51,529 bases of DNA from Candidatus Uhrbacteria bacterium (GTDB lineage: Bacteria > Patescibacteriota > Patescibacteriia > JACQSD01), in the NCBI GenBank assembly GCA_016206165.1, contig JACQSD010000018.1:1-51529 (forward strand), given 5' to 3'. A program made the position numbers and the translations under genes. Of this stretch, positions 37,069 to 46,210 are shown piece by piece; the first letter of the stretch is position 1, and each line of letters starts with the position of its first letter. The notes below the pieces were generated by a model. The model saw nothing but the letters and a program-made list of their open reading frames with translations. It ran no database searches and was not told the DNA's origin.

Positions 37069-37090
37069 ATGTCCGGTCGGACATAAAATG
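37069..37090. promoter_or_regulatory. Palindrome copy 3, at the 5' end of the PaaX-like gene
   Basis: ATGTCCG-GT-CGGACAT-AAAATG, just downstream of a minus-strand TATACT (37102-37107). Confidence 0.6.
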
Positions 37091-37250
37091 ATTATTCGTA
37101 TAGTATACATGAATCGTGGATGTAAATCTATCTCTTCGTTTTGGTGCCTCGTTCCCTGTATCGTTTATTGCTAAGAAGAACAAGGTTTGTTAGTATTGTG
37201 TTGTACTAGTCATTGAATGTACCTTCAATAACTCGTCGGAGGATAAGACA

Positions 37251-37661
37251 ATGTCGCCAAAAACGCGTAACGCGATTGGTTGGATGGTTCTCGGTGCCAT
37301 TGCGATCACGGGGATTATCTACTGCACATGGGGATCGCCGTACAGCACTACACCGTGGCTTCGGGTCGCCTTCAGTATGCTTATTATCTATGGAGTCACC
37401 TACGGCATCGCCATGAACGTCTCGTTTCGTCACACACTCGTAAAGTGCATTCCTATGGCAATATTCCTCATGTGCTATGCGGCGTGGTGGATGGTCGAGG
37501 AGGGAAAAGCGACGATACCACAACTTGCTATCGTCCTCGGCGGACTCGTTATCGTGTGTGCGATCGGCGGTCTTGCACTCTACTTTTTCTTCGAGTGGCT
37601 CGATCGCTACTCGTACGGCCTCACCGGTAACCAACGGAAACGGAAAGGGAAACCGTCATGA
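37251..37661 (+). CDS. Hypothetical membrane protein (4 TM)
   Basis: GGAGGA SD; hydrophobic segments. Confidence 0.65.
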   Translation: MSPKTRNAIGWMVLGAIAITGIIYCTWGSPYSTTPWLRVAFSMLIIYGVTYGIAMNVSFRHTLVKCIPMAIFLMCYAAWWMVEEGKATIPQLAIVLGGLVIVCAIGGLALYFFFEWLDRYSYGLTGNQRKRKGKPS

Positions 37662-38086
37662 CGAACGAACAGAAAGTCCCGTCACGCCGCTTCGAGATAT
37701 TCGCGATGATTTGCGGATTCATCGTTGTCGGTATCGTGATCGGTATACCACTCTTCGAGTACATCCTTAGTGGTACGTTGGATCCGCGAGGCCTCTCCGT
37801 CGTGCTCTTGTATAGCGCGGCGACCGCCATCATCGGTGCATGTATCATCGTTTTTGCAAACGAAGTCTTGTGGAAACGTTACCCACGGGCACCGAAGTAT
37901 GCCGCCGTCTTCTGCGGCGTCACTTTCATCAGCGCACTTCCCGTCAAGGCGCACTTCGAACCCAACGCCCCTATTACGTTCGTAACGCTAGGGTATGCGG
38001 CGATAGTCGGGATCGCGTGTTGTATTCTCTTCGCCGTATTGAGCGCGATTTTCCGCCGCACTCGATCCGCATCGCGTAGTCACTAA
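37658..38086 (+). CDS. Hypothetical membrane protein (4 TM)
   Basis: ATGA overlap with the upstream gene; hydrophobic segments. Confidence 0.65.
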   Translation: MTNEQKVPSRRFEIFAMICGFIVVGIVIGIPLFEYILSGTLDPRGLSVVLLYSAATAIIGACIIVFANEVLWKRYPRAPKYAAVFCGVTFISALPVKAHFEPNAPITFVTLGYAAIVGIACCILFAVLSAIFRRTRSASRSH

Positions 38087-38195
38087 GAGGTCTGGCTTCT
38101 TCGTGCCCTACAACACCCTTCGCAATGACGAGGGTCACGAGTACGTAAACTTCAACCGCCGGCTTCTCGAAGAGAGGAGCCGGCATTCTTTTTTC
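38079..38195 (+). repeat. ~115-nt three-hairpin 3' module, copy 2
   Basis: Collinear with 36003-36117. Confidence 0.8.
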
Positions 38196-38257
38196 GTGAC
38201 ATGACATTGCAATTTTTACTGGTCATGGTATAGTGTATGTATTCATAATCTCAACAT

Positions 38258-38470
38258 ATGCAGACACAAAAAGACAATCAGATTAATCATGATTTGCGCG
38301 ATATATTAAAACCCTATGCGAACCAATGGGTGGCATTAAGTCGTGATCGTACAAAGGTGGTCAGTGCAGGCATGACATTGAAAGAAGTGATGCGTAAGAT
38401 AAAAAGAAATGATTGTTTACTGATGAAGGTGTTTCCTTCTGATTCTTTTTATCTTCCATTGAGTTCATGA
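38258..38470 (+). CDS. DUF5678-like small protein
   Basis: LKPYANQWVAL..KVVSAG.TLKEV pattern. Confidence 0.65.
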   Translation: MQTQKDNQINHDLRDILKPYANQWVALSRDRTKVVSAGMTLKEVMRKIKRNDCLLMKVFPSDSFYLPLSS

Positions 38471-38883
38471 AGTATCGCTATTCTACGTTAGCGCCAGTCG
38501 ATCTTAATGCAAAGTGGACGAAAAGACCAATGTTGCAGATCGAGGTTTTTGGCGCCCAGGAAAGTAGAAGTTTTGAGGCGCTCATTGACTCTGGTGCAGA
38601 TATTTCATTGTTTAATACGGAGATTGCAGAAGTCCTTGGTATTGAAGTGTCATCTACGCACGAAAGAAAGTTCACTGGTATTAGTGGAACGATTCCGGGG
38701 TATTTGGTAGAAAATGTAAAAATAAGAATCGATGGGATCAATGATTCGCTTTTTATCCCGGTATGTTTTGTACAAAGTCCCACGGTAGGACTTTTATTGG
38801 GAGGAGAGGGTTTCTTTGACCAGTGCCGAATTAAATTCGAGAAACATCACGACACCTTTGAGGTTGATCTCGTTCGAAAATAA
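38467..38883 (+). CDS. Retropepsin-like (clan AA) aspartyl protease
   Basis: ALIDSGAD, A..LGI, GISG, LLG..FF..IKF. Confidence 0.8.
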   Translation: MKYRYSTLAPVDLNAKWTKRPMLQIEVFGAQESRSFEALIDSGADISLFNTEIAEVLGIEVSSTHERKFTGISGTIPGYLVENVKIRIDGINDSLFIPVCFVQSPTVGLLLGGEGFFDQCRIKFEKHHDTFEVDLVRK

Positions 38884-38906
38884 TTTTTAACACTTGATTA
38901 TTGACT

Positions 38907-39485
38907 ATGCAACATCCAAAACACGAACGGACGTATGTGATGGTGAAGCCAGACGGCGTGCGTCGTGGCTTGACAGGCGAGATTATTAAACGGATTGAGC
39001 AACGGGGGCTGAAGATTGTGGCGCTCAAAATGTTCCAAGCGAAAAAGGAACAGATCGATAATCATTACCCAAAAGACGAGACGTGGATTGCGCGTCTCGG
39101 AAAGAAGACACTCTCGACGTACGAGAAGTACGGGTTTGATCCGATTGCAGAACTTGGAACAAAGGACGAGCTGACAATCGGGAAGATGGTGCGCGCATGG
39201 CTTGTTGATTACATGGTTTCCGCACCGATCGTGAAAATTGTTGTTGAGGGTGTGCACGCGGTGGACATGATTCGGAAGCTTGCGGGAAATACGCAACCAA
39301 GCCTTGCTGAAATGGGCACACTCCGTGGCGATTACTCGGTCGATTCCGCAGCGTCCGCAAATCGCGATAAGCGTGCAATTTATAATCTGCTCCACGCATC
39401 AGAAACAGCCGAGGAAGCAAGCCACGAGATTGGCTACTGGCTTTCACCGGAAGACGTTTGCGAATATAAACGCATGGATGAGTAG
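38907..39485 (+). CDS. ndk: Nucleoside-diphosphate kinase
   Basis: ERTYVMVKPDGVRRGL.GEII.R, GTLRGDY, NLLHAS. Confidence 0.95.
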   Translation: MQHPKHERTYVMVKPDGVRRGLTGEIIKRIEQRGLKIVALKMFQAKKEQIDNHYPKDETWIARLGKKTLSTYEKYGFDPIAELGTKDELTIGKMVRAWLVDYMVSAPIVKIVVEGVHAVDMIRKLAGNTQPSLAEMGTLRGDYSVDSAASANRDKRAIYNLLHASETAEEASHEIGYWLSPEDVCEYKRMDE

Positions 39486-39506
39486 TGAAACATTCAAAGA
39501 CAATCA

Positions 39507-39550
39507 AAACGCCTACCCTGATGATGTATTTCGGGGTAGGCGTTTCTTTT
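39507..39550. terminator. Probable bidirectional terminator between ndk and the pilus operon
   Basis: AAACGCCTACCC...GGGTAGGCGTTT followed by CTTTT. Confidence 0.7.
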
Positions 39551-39567
39551 TAAAACCTCACCCGGCA

Positions 39568-39600
39568 ACCTCACCCCAACCCTCTCCTAAAAGGAGAGGG
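39568..39600. repeat. 33-bp BoxC-like repeat, copy 4
   Basis: ACCTCACCCCAACCCTCTCCTAAAAGGAGAGGG. Confidence 0.85.
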
Positions 39601-39625
39601 AGGGTTGTGTTGAGGAGAGGGGATT

Positions 39626-39889
39626 TTATTTGAACGGGTTGTTTATTTTTTTAGGATCAAGCGGAGGGAGTGCGGCTTGCCATGTGAGGCGCTCGATGAT
39701 TTTTTTTGTCCGTGCCTCATCAATTTCAACGAGTGTCACTTCGCCACGGAGATCGGCAATGCGCTGTGTGAACGTCACTGAATGGTAATACGATCGGTAG
39801 AGGAAGAGTGCGAGCGCAACAATCGAAAGAATGACACCAATAAGTGCAATGATTGCCCCTCGAGTTATCCATCGGTAAAGAGTGTTCAT
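39626..39889 (-). CDS. Small single-TM protein, last gene of the pilus operon
   Basis: TM and C-terminal NNPF; coupled to pilO. Confidence 0.6.
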   Translation of the reverse strand: MNTLYRWITRGAIIALIGVILSIVALALFLYRSYYHSVTFTQRIADLRGEVTLVEIDEARTKKIIERLTWQAALPPLDPKKINNPFK

Positions 39890-40470
39890 TTCTTTTGCCA
39901 GAGCGTGCCCGTGAGACGGACAAGGACGTGGCCTTTCTGTTGATTCGTGAGCCCAATGTCGGTGAGCGGAGTTTTCTCAATAAATGACCATTGCTCGATT
40001 GTGTAAAAAAGTGGCAACCGTTCGATCGATCGGAGATACTGGAGCACATTGGGGAACGGTCCATCAATGGAGAGATCGAGTGGGAACGGTTTTGTTCCTT
40101 CTGGTGCACGCACACTCGGGCTTGCTTGCCCGAATGCGATTGTTTTTGTTACGTTTGCGCGTCCAGCGAGCGTTTCGAGTTCAGTGATGAGATTTAATAC
40201 ATCGCTTTCCTTGATGAAACGTTGCTCCCAGGTGGAGAGCATTGGTGCATGTTTTTCGTATGTCGTTTTGAGTTTATTTAACTGTGCGCCGCGCGCATAC
40301 CGCGTTTCAAGATCACGCATGCGTGCATCAACCGCGCCCTGCAATGCAGCAATCTCATTGATCGACGGAGCAATAAAAAGGATGACAACAATAATTTCGA
40401 TGGTGAGTAATACTCCAACAATCGTGATCATGCGGAGATGCCTTGGGATTGATGGAATGCGTATGTTCAT
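39886..40470 (-). CDS. pilO: Type IV pilus assembly protein PilO-like
   Basis: TM, coiled coil, G.F..VLQYL..IE.LP; position after pilMN. Confidence 0.7.
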   Translation of the reverse strand: MNIRIPSIPRHLRMITIVGVLLTIEIIVVILFIAPSINEIAALQGAVDARMRDLETRYARGAQLNKLKTTYEKHAPMLSTWEQRFIKESDVLNLITELETLAGRANVTKTIAFGQASPSVRAPEGTKPFPLDLSIDGPFPNVLQYLRSIERLPLFYTIEQWSFIEKTPLTDIGLTNQQKGHVLVRLTGTLWQKK

Positions 40471-41012
40471 AACGCTTTTTGAGGGGTGAATTCTGGCCGC
40501 ACAGTTGCACGGATTTCAAATGGTACAGACACCGGGGTGAGGAGATTCGTATTTGGGAATTCGAGTGCGCCGACCCACGGGCTTTGCTCAAGTCGGTTTT
40601 TGAATTCAAGGAGATCATTCCGTGTTGCGGCGATTCCGCGAATCGTCAGTTTTTTATCCTGTTCCATCGCAAGTGCAGAAAGGTGAATAGTATTTGGTAC
40701 GCGCGTGACAAGATCCTCCACGATGAGTGACCATGGGAATGAGCGCTCGGAAACCGTATCGATTGTACGGACAAGCGTATTGAATGATTGCACCTGCCCC
40801 TCAAGTGTCGTGACGATTGCGTCTGCAGCGCGTGGTGGTTGTACAATTTGTTCAACGCGATTGCGGAGAGACGTGCGCGCAATGACAAGAATGAGTGCGA
40901 CCGCTCCGGTGATCGCGAGGAGCACCTCGAAGAAGCCAACAAGAAAACGCGCGCTCTGTACAAGTTCGTATTCGATGCGTTTTTTTGGAGGGAGTATGTT
41001 CAAGAGAATCAT
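40467..41012 (-). CDS. pilN: Type IV pilus assembly protein PilN-like
   Basis: LNILPP N-terminal motif, TM, WS..L..P..I.L..I.G.A. Confidence 0.75.
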   Translation of the reverse strand: MILLNILPPKKRIEYELVQSARFLVGFFEVLLAITGAVALILVIARTSLRNRVEQIVQPPRAADAIVTTLEGQVQSFNTLVRTIDTVSERSFPWSLIVEDLVTRVPNTIHLSALAMEQDKKLTIRGIAATRNDLLEFKNRLEQSPWVGALEFPNTNLLTPVSVPFEIRATVRPEFTPQKAL

Positions 41013-42031
41013 ATGAGTGATGCCGTGGCACTCCGGAGCGCGAGGCCAAGTGCGGTCATAAATCCGAGATGCGCTGCGGGCGCATCGTGTGCAGCGTCGT
41101 TCAGGAATGTAGTGGATGGGTCAGGAACAATGATCGCGCATTGTAATTGTGCCTCAAGAAATGTTTTGAGCCCCGGCATGTGCGCGCCTCCACCGACAAG
41201 TACAAATGTTGAAACCGGTGATGGTGATTGATTGTGTGCAAGTGCAAGCATCTCGTGCACACGCTTGGCCATGAGTGTATATTCTGGTACGAGTATTTCT
41301 TTCAGTGACCCGGTGCACGCGTGTGGGTCGACTCCACATTCGCGCTTTGTCCGCTCGGCTTGTTCAGGGGCAAGATGCAATGTGCTCGCGATTTTTGTGG
41401 TGAGCCCTTCGCCGGAGAGTGGGAGTCGGAGTGTATGGAGTGGTGTCTCTCCCTCCGCAATCATGCACTGTGTGCGTGTCGCTCCAAAGTCAATGACCCC
41501 CCACGCTCCACGCGTTTCTTTTGGTACGAGATATGCAATTGCTCGGATTGTGGCAAGCCCCTCAAAATCGAGTGCAGCAATGGTCATGCCAGCGGTTTCT
41601 GTCATCGTAATCGTACGATCAATATACTCTTTTGGTGCAGCCCCAATAACACGGTACGGAGGCACGACTTGGCTGTCATAATAAAGATCGGTGATTGGAA
41701 GAGGGACTTCTCCCGCGATTCGATCGGCGATGTGTTGTGCATCGCCCGCTCCTTCAGGAATTGTGAGCACATAACTTTGACTCTCCGGAATACTCATGGT
41801 CGCATCAATAATTCCATGATGTTTTGCACGAAGTTCTCGCGCGACAGTGGCGAGCGTACTTTGGAGGACCATCGTATCGTTGGATTTGACAGCGTAGTCA
41901 TGTAAGAATGTCACGCGATATGAACGCTTTCCACTCCACGATGTTTCTGTTTTGAGCGCAGCAACTTTGAGCGATTGCTCGCCACAATCGATGCCAATAG
42001 ATGGGGGAGATACGTATGGGAAGAGTCGCAT
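41009..42031 (-). CDS. pilM: Type IV pilus assembly protein PilM
   Basis: IGIDCG..SLK, DFGATRT, LVGGGA..PGL, ALGLALR (actin-like fold). Confidence 0.85.
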   Translation of the reverse strand: MRLFPYVSPPSIGIDCGEQSLKVAALKTETSWSGKRSYRVTFLHDYAVKSNDTMVLQSTLATVARELRAKHHGIIDATMSIPESQSYVLTIPEGAGDAQHIADRIAGEVPLPITDLYYDSQVVPPYRVIGAAPKEYIDRTITMTETAGMTIAALDFEGLATIRAIAYLVPKETRGAWGVIDFGATRTQCMIAEGETPLHTLRLPLSGEGLTTKIASTLHLAPEQAERTKRECGVDPHACTGSLKEILVPEYTLMAKRVHEMLALAHNQSPSPVSTFVLVGGGAHMPGLKTFLEAQLQCAIIVPDPSTTFLNDAAHDAPAAHLGFMTALGLALRSATASLI

Positions 42032-42048
42032 AGGGTTGTTATTGTTTT

Positions 42049-42179
42049 ACGTTGCGGATGTTCCTCGCGAACGTTCCGCGCCCAGCGGCGCGTCACTCTT
42101 TGGAGCGTCCAACGCCCACGACGTGAGCGTGGGACCATGCCGTTGGCCGCTCCGATGTCGCTCGGAACAATCGCAACGT
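42049..42179. other. GC-rich branched hairpin element upstream of pilM
   Basis: ACGTTGCG-GA-TGTTCC...GGAACA-AT-CGCAACGT with nested GGAGCG/CGCTCC, CCAACG/CGTTGG and CCCACG/CGTGGG. Confidence 0.55.
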
Positions 42180-42237
42180 TGGACAATAGAGAAGCGGCCT
42201 AATCCGCGCCATCCGTTTCGTCAGTATAGCATTTTTT

Positions 42238-43758
42238 TCATTTTTGTTCTTCCCATGTGAGGAGCGTGTATGCATCCGCGGTAAGTGGGAATGAGGGCGG
42301 GGGGTTATAGAAGAGATTGCCGTCGTAGAGGAGGGTGCGCGTGCGATACCCGGTGCCATCCGTATACAAGAATCCGTACCGTTTATTTGTTGCAATCATT
42401 CCATAGAGTGTGATGTCGTTTCGGACATATTCTCCACCGCAGTAACTCGAATAATAATAGCGCCCCACGCGTCCATTTTTTGCAACGAGCGCGCCATCAA
42501 TTCGGATCGTCGTATTCGATTTGAGTCCAGTGAGCACATTGTTTTGTGCGACGAGCGCAATGACATCACGCCCATCGGTATTTGTATAGAGGAGCGAGCG
42601 GTTCACGATGATATTTGCGTACGATGTTTGTGGCACTCCCGAGCCAAGGCGTGCTGCAGCGACGGTCACGCGCGCAGAATCAATTTGTCCATCCACCCAC
42701 GCATCGGATTCAACAAAAATAACTCCATTCGCAGGAAGTGGGCGACGTTTAATAAACGTTTCGGAATTAATGGACCAGAGCCCCCAGCCCGGTTGGCTCG
42801 CAGGAGCGGTGCATTTGTTTGGCGGGGCGTATACCTTTGTCACATACAGTGTACTTACGGTGTCATCTGGATTAAAAATAAGATGATACGCAAGTGCATT
42901 TGATGGTGGTGGGAGATAGATCCCATCCGCTGTTGCCTTGTCGCGGAGTGCACTCAAGTCGGTGATGAGACCATCAAGATCAATTTTCGGAACTGGAAAT
43001 TTTCTTCCCACCTTAAAAATATCTGGGCGGTCGGGAACTGCTGCTGGCGGGGTTGGGTCGGCGGGCGATACGCACGTGTGTACACCAAAGTCGAGCTTCG
43101 ATGGTGTGCAATCGTCGCCATCGGTGTCGTTGTATTGCTCCTTTTCACTCGTGACGAGATTATACGCAACTCCATCAAAACGAATACCGTCATTCACATG
43201 GATTGGGCCATAGACATTTGTTCCGGAACCAAAACGGTTTCGTTCATTCCCGACGAATGAATATTTTGCAAGTGAAGGGATAGCGAATGTTGTACGCACA
43301 GTGCGGGTGAATTCAGGGAATTGATCGGTCACGCCGGTTGATGCAATGGTGACAAGCGTTGATCCGACCGGTGGTGGGGTGATCGCGAGTCGGAATTCTC
43401 CAAGGCGCACGCCGGTGCGATCGAGGAATGCATGCACAAATGGGCCAGAGCCGCCTGTCCCGTCAGTGAAATCGGCTTTCGCATGCGCAAGATGCCAGCG
43501 ATAGTAATCAATGCCTGCTTCCGCAATATGGAATGCGAGTGTCCGAGCACTTCGCATTGATCCGAGCCTTTTTTGTGAAAGGACAATTTGGAGGAGACTC
43601 GAAATGAGGAGAACGGTGATTCCCCCAACGACAAGAAGAAAAATAAGAGCGTACCCCCGAGGATCGGAACGAAAGGACTGAAGAACCGAAGAACTCAAGA
43701 ACAATTTTTTAGTTCCGTCGTTCTTCCGTTCATACGTTCTTTCGTTTATTCGTCTCAT
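42238..43758 (-). CDS. PilX-like minor pilin
   Basis: G|YALIFLL hydrophobic helix and AFHIAEAGID (PilX N-terminal motif). Confidence 0.75.
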   Translation of the reverse strand: MRRINERTYERKNDGTKKLFLSSSVLQSFRSDPRGYALIFLLVVGGITVLLISSLLQIVLSQKRLGSMRSARTLAFHIAEAGIDYYRWHLAHAKADFTDGTGGSGPFVHAFLDRTGVRLGEFRLAITPPPVGSTLVTIASTGVTDQFPEFTRTVRTTFAIPSLAKYSFVGNERNRFGSGTNVYGPIHVNDGIRFDGVAYNLVTSEKEQYNDTDGDDCTPSKLDFGVHTCVSPADPTPPAAVPDRPDIFKVGRKFPVPKIDLDGLITDLSALRDKATADGIYLPPPSNALAYHLIFNPDDTVSTLYVTKVYAPPNKCTAPASQPGWGLWSINSETFIKRRPLPANGVIFVESDAWVDGQIDSARVTVAAARLGSGVPQTSYANIIVNRSLLYTNTDGRDVIALVAQNNVLTGLKSNTTIRIDGALVAKNGRVGRYYYSSYCGGEYVRNDITLYGMIATNKRYGFLYTDGTGYRTRTLLYDGNLFYNPPPSFPLTADAYTLLTWEEQK

Positions 43759-44351
43759 AAGTTGTCTTTGAGCGCGCGCGGTGCAACGCCAGATTCAAGA
43801 ATAAATGGGAGAGGGAGTTTTTTTGGATCATCGTCGATCGTGAGTGTGAACCGAATAAAGCGTATTGCGCTCACGTTGATTGGGAGAGCGAGTGGCGATT
43901 CGCTCCCACTATAATTGGCGTCAAAGTATGTGAAGAGTGGAAATAGGCTCGTCGTCACATCGCGTGCGAGTTCACTCGCGACTTCCGCAGCCGGATTATA
44001 GGTGAGTGGTGATCCGGTTGGTTTTGTGACACCACGCTTTAATGTTGACCCATCGAGAAAGTAGCGTACTTGCTCGAAGAGGGCATCATTGTCAGTATTT
44101 GTATAGAATGTCAGTGATTGTGCGCCTGCATATGCGATGGGATAATCGCCGCGGTTTGATGTTGCCATACGGCGTGCTTCATCGGTCACCCCTTCGATTG
44201 CAGCGCGGGCGCTCCGTTCACGTTCAATTGTTGCGAATGTCGTTTGTGGTAAGCGAAACGTGTGGACAATGACCACATTCCCCACAAGCATGAGGATTGC
44301 AAAGACGCCGAGTGCAATAATAATTTCGATGAGCGAGATTCCACGGAGCAT
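43755..44351 (-). CDS. Prepilin-type (PilW/PulJ-like) minor pilin
   Basis: RG|ISLIEIIIAL class III signal. Confidence 0.8.
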   Translation of the reverse strand: MLRGISLIEIIIALGVFAILMLVGNVVIVHTFRLPQTTFATIERERSARAAIEGVTDEARRMATSNRGDYPIAYAGAQSLTFYTNTDNDALFEQVRYFLDGSTLKRGVTKPTGSPLTYNPAAEVASELARDVTTSLFPLFTYFDANYSGSESPLALPINVSAIRFIRFTLTIDDDPKKLPLPFILESGVAPRALKDNL

Positions 44352-44355
44352 TGCA

Positions 44356-46206
44356 TTAAGGAGAAAGCGTCACATTCCTTTTTGTAACGCCGTCAACCTG
44401 TATATCTTCTTCGATGGTTGCGTATCCGGGTTTTGCGACGGTCATTGTGTATTGCCCATTCGAGAGTGCGCGAAAGAACGCTTGTCCGGGCGGCGTACAT
44501 TCGGATACGAAGATCACTTGCACTTCAGCAACGCTTGGGCCGACTGCCACATCATCGGTATGGAGGAGGAGGCGATAGCGGAGATATCGGCGGCCATTGT
44601 GGAGGCTCGGGATATCGGTCACGGTGTTTGTAAAAAAAGTATTCGCCGTTCCATCGGGGCCGACAAAATTCCATGTGGCCCCATCATTATTCGTTGCGAT
44701 CTGGAGGCGCACACTCGATTGGCCTGTTGTCTCTGGCTGATCTCCTGGAGTCACACGGATTGCGACATATTCTGGTGTACTTCCAAAGTCGATCGTTGAT
44801 GATTCAAGCGCGCCGTCGGCTGCATAGATTTTGTTCTGTTTTTTAAGTACCACATCCCCGGGAGACGCCGTGGTATCGAGTGTTCCAGAATCAGCGGCGT
44901 ATCGTGTTTCATCAAGCCACGCTTGTTGCCCCGGGCCTCCGGACCAATCCGTTTGCACAATGAACCCCCGCCCTGTTTCTCGAACTTGTGTCGATGAACC
45001 CTTCGTGATCGTTACCGTGGCTCCGGGGAGCGGCAAACTCGTGACGCCATCAATAACCGAAACCAAAAGATTGCGCGCGGAATAGGTATCAAGAATCAGA
45101 TCAAGTCCTTGGGTTACTCCAGGCGCAATCGTGATTGGGTTTTGTGGGATCGATCCCGCCTCGGTGAACTGTGTGCCAGAAAGTGCGAGTGTATAGGTGT
45201 CCCACTCAAGGTTCGCAATTGCACTCGTGCCACTTCCATTTGTGGTAAATGTTCCGGTATATTTTGGTTTATCAGGATTCTCTCCTACTTGTTTTGCCCC
45301 AGTGATTGTTCCGGAAATCGTGGGGATAGGAACACAACGATCAGTCAACGTTCGCACGTTCAGCGTACTCACACGATCAATGAAAAAGTTCGCTTCGGTG
45401 ACCGTCTCTTTGAGCACCGTTGAATCTGTTTTTTTTGGATTTGGATTATCTGATCCTCCTGGTGGGTACGTTGCGTCCGTTGTGTATCCCGATTTTGAAA
45501 CACGAATGTTATATCCGCCGGTTGATGGCGGAATGTCGACGAGCTGGAGCATCCCTTTTGTGTCCGTGACATCGTCGATTGTGAGGTTTGGTGACAATTT
45601 TTGATTTACAATATGGACATTTGCACCCGCAACTCCGGCACCGATCGCATCAAGCACACGAATAAAAAGTGCGCCATTGCCAGAAGAGACTTCAAGGTTT
45701 TTCGGCGCAATGAGTGTTGTCTGTACCCGAGGTTGTGTCGTCGTTTGACAGCTTGTACAGAGCACGGTGATTTCGATTTTTTTGTAGTCAGCCGGAGCAG
45801 TGTCGTTTGGCGTGCCACCAATCGTTCCATCGAATGGATCATCGGTATTCCGAATCGTTGTTGTTACGGCCATGGAGAAACCATCACGGACAATGGTTTC
45901 AAAAGCCACGAGTTTACCGCGTGGGATGCCGGTTGTGGTGCCAACATCGGCGTAGGGGAGCGTGCGTGCGATTTCAATACGTTCGTTTGCGAGTGCTGTT
46001 GCCGCCGTCTGAAAGCGAAGGTCGTTTGTGGTGCGAAGGAGTGCGGTCGCAATACTCGTGATCGTTAAAAAAATAAGCGCGAGCACTCCAAGTGTCACGA
46101 GGAGCTCGATCAAGGTAAACGCCCTGACATCACAAAAGCACGGAATCACAGAATCACGTGCTTGGTCGGTTTGTGTTTCAGTGTTTCTGTGTTTCTGTGT
46201 TTTCAT
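44356..46206 (-). CDS. Large prepilin-type (PilV-like) protein with carboxypeptidase-regulatory-like beta domains
   Basis: RA|FTLIELLV, A..LANE.IE..R.LPY, repeated V.D..G..GA.V..V.K.GY modules. Confidence 0.8.
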   Translation of the reverse strand: MKTQKHRNTETQTDQARDSVIPCFCDVRAFTLIELLVTLGVLALIFLTITSIATALLRTTNDLRFQTAATALANERIEIARTLPYADVGTTTGIPRGKLVAFETIVRDGFSMAVTTTIRNTDDPFDGTIGGTPNDTAPADYKKIEITVLCTSCQTTTQPRVQTTLIAPKNLEVSSGNGALFIRVLDAIGAGVAGANVHIVNQKLSPNLTIDDVTDTKGMLQLVDIPPSTGGYNIRVSKSGYTTDATYPPGGSDNPNPKKTDSTVLKETVTEANFFIDRVSTLNVRTLTDRCVPIPTISGTITGAKQVGENPDKPKYTGTFTTNGSGTSAIANLEWDTYTLALSGTQFTEAGSIPQNPITIAPGVTQGLDLILDTYSARNLLVSVIDGVTSLPLPGATVTITKGSSTQVRETGRGFIVQTDWSGGPGQQAWLDETRYAADSGTLDTTASPGDVVLKKQNKIYAADGALESSTIDFGSTPEYVAIRVTPGDQPETTGQSSVRLQIATNNDGATWNFVGPDGTANTFFTNTVTDIPSLHNGRRYLRYRLLLHTDDVAVGPSVAEVQVIFVSECTPPGQAFFRALSNGQYTMTVAKPGYATIEEDIQVDGVTKRNVTLSP

Positions 46207-46210
46207 GACA

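Noticed and set aside
36003..38195. DGR template/variable repeat pair or integron attC sites
   Set aside because: No reverse transcriptase or integrase in the window, differences are not adenine-specific, and no clear RYYYAAC/GTTRRRY ends were seen.
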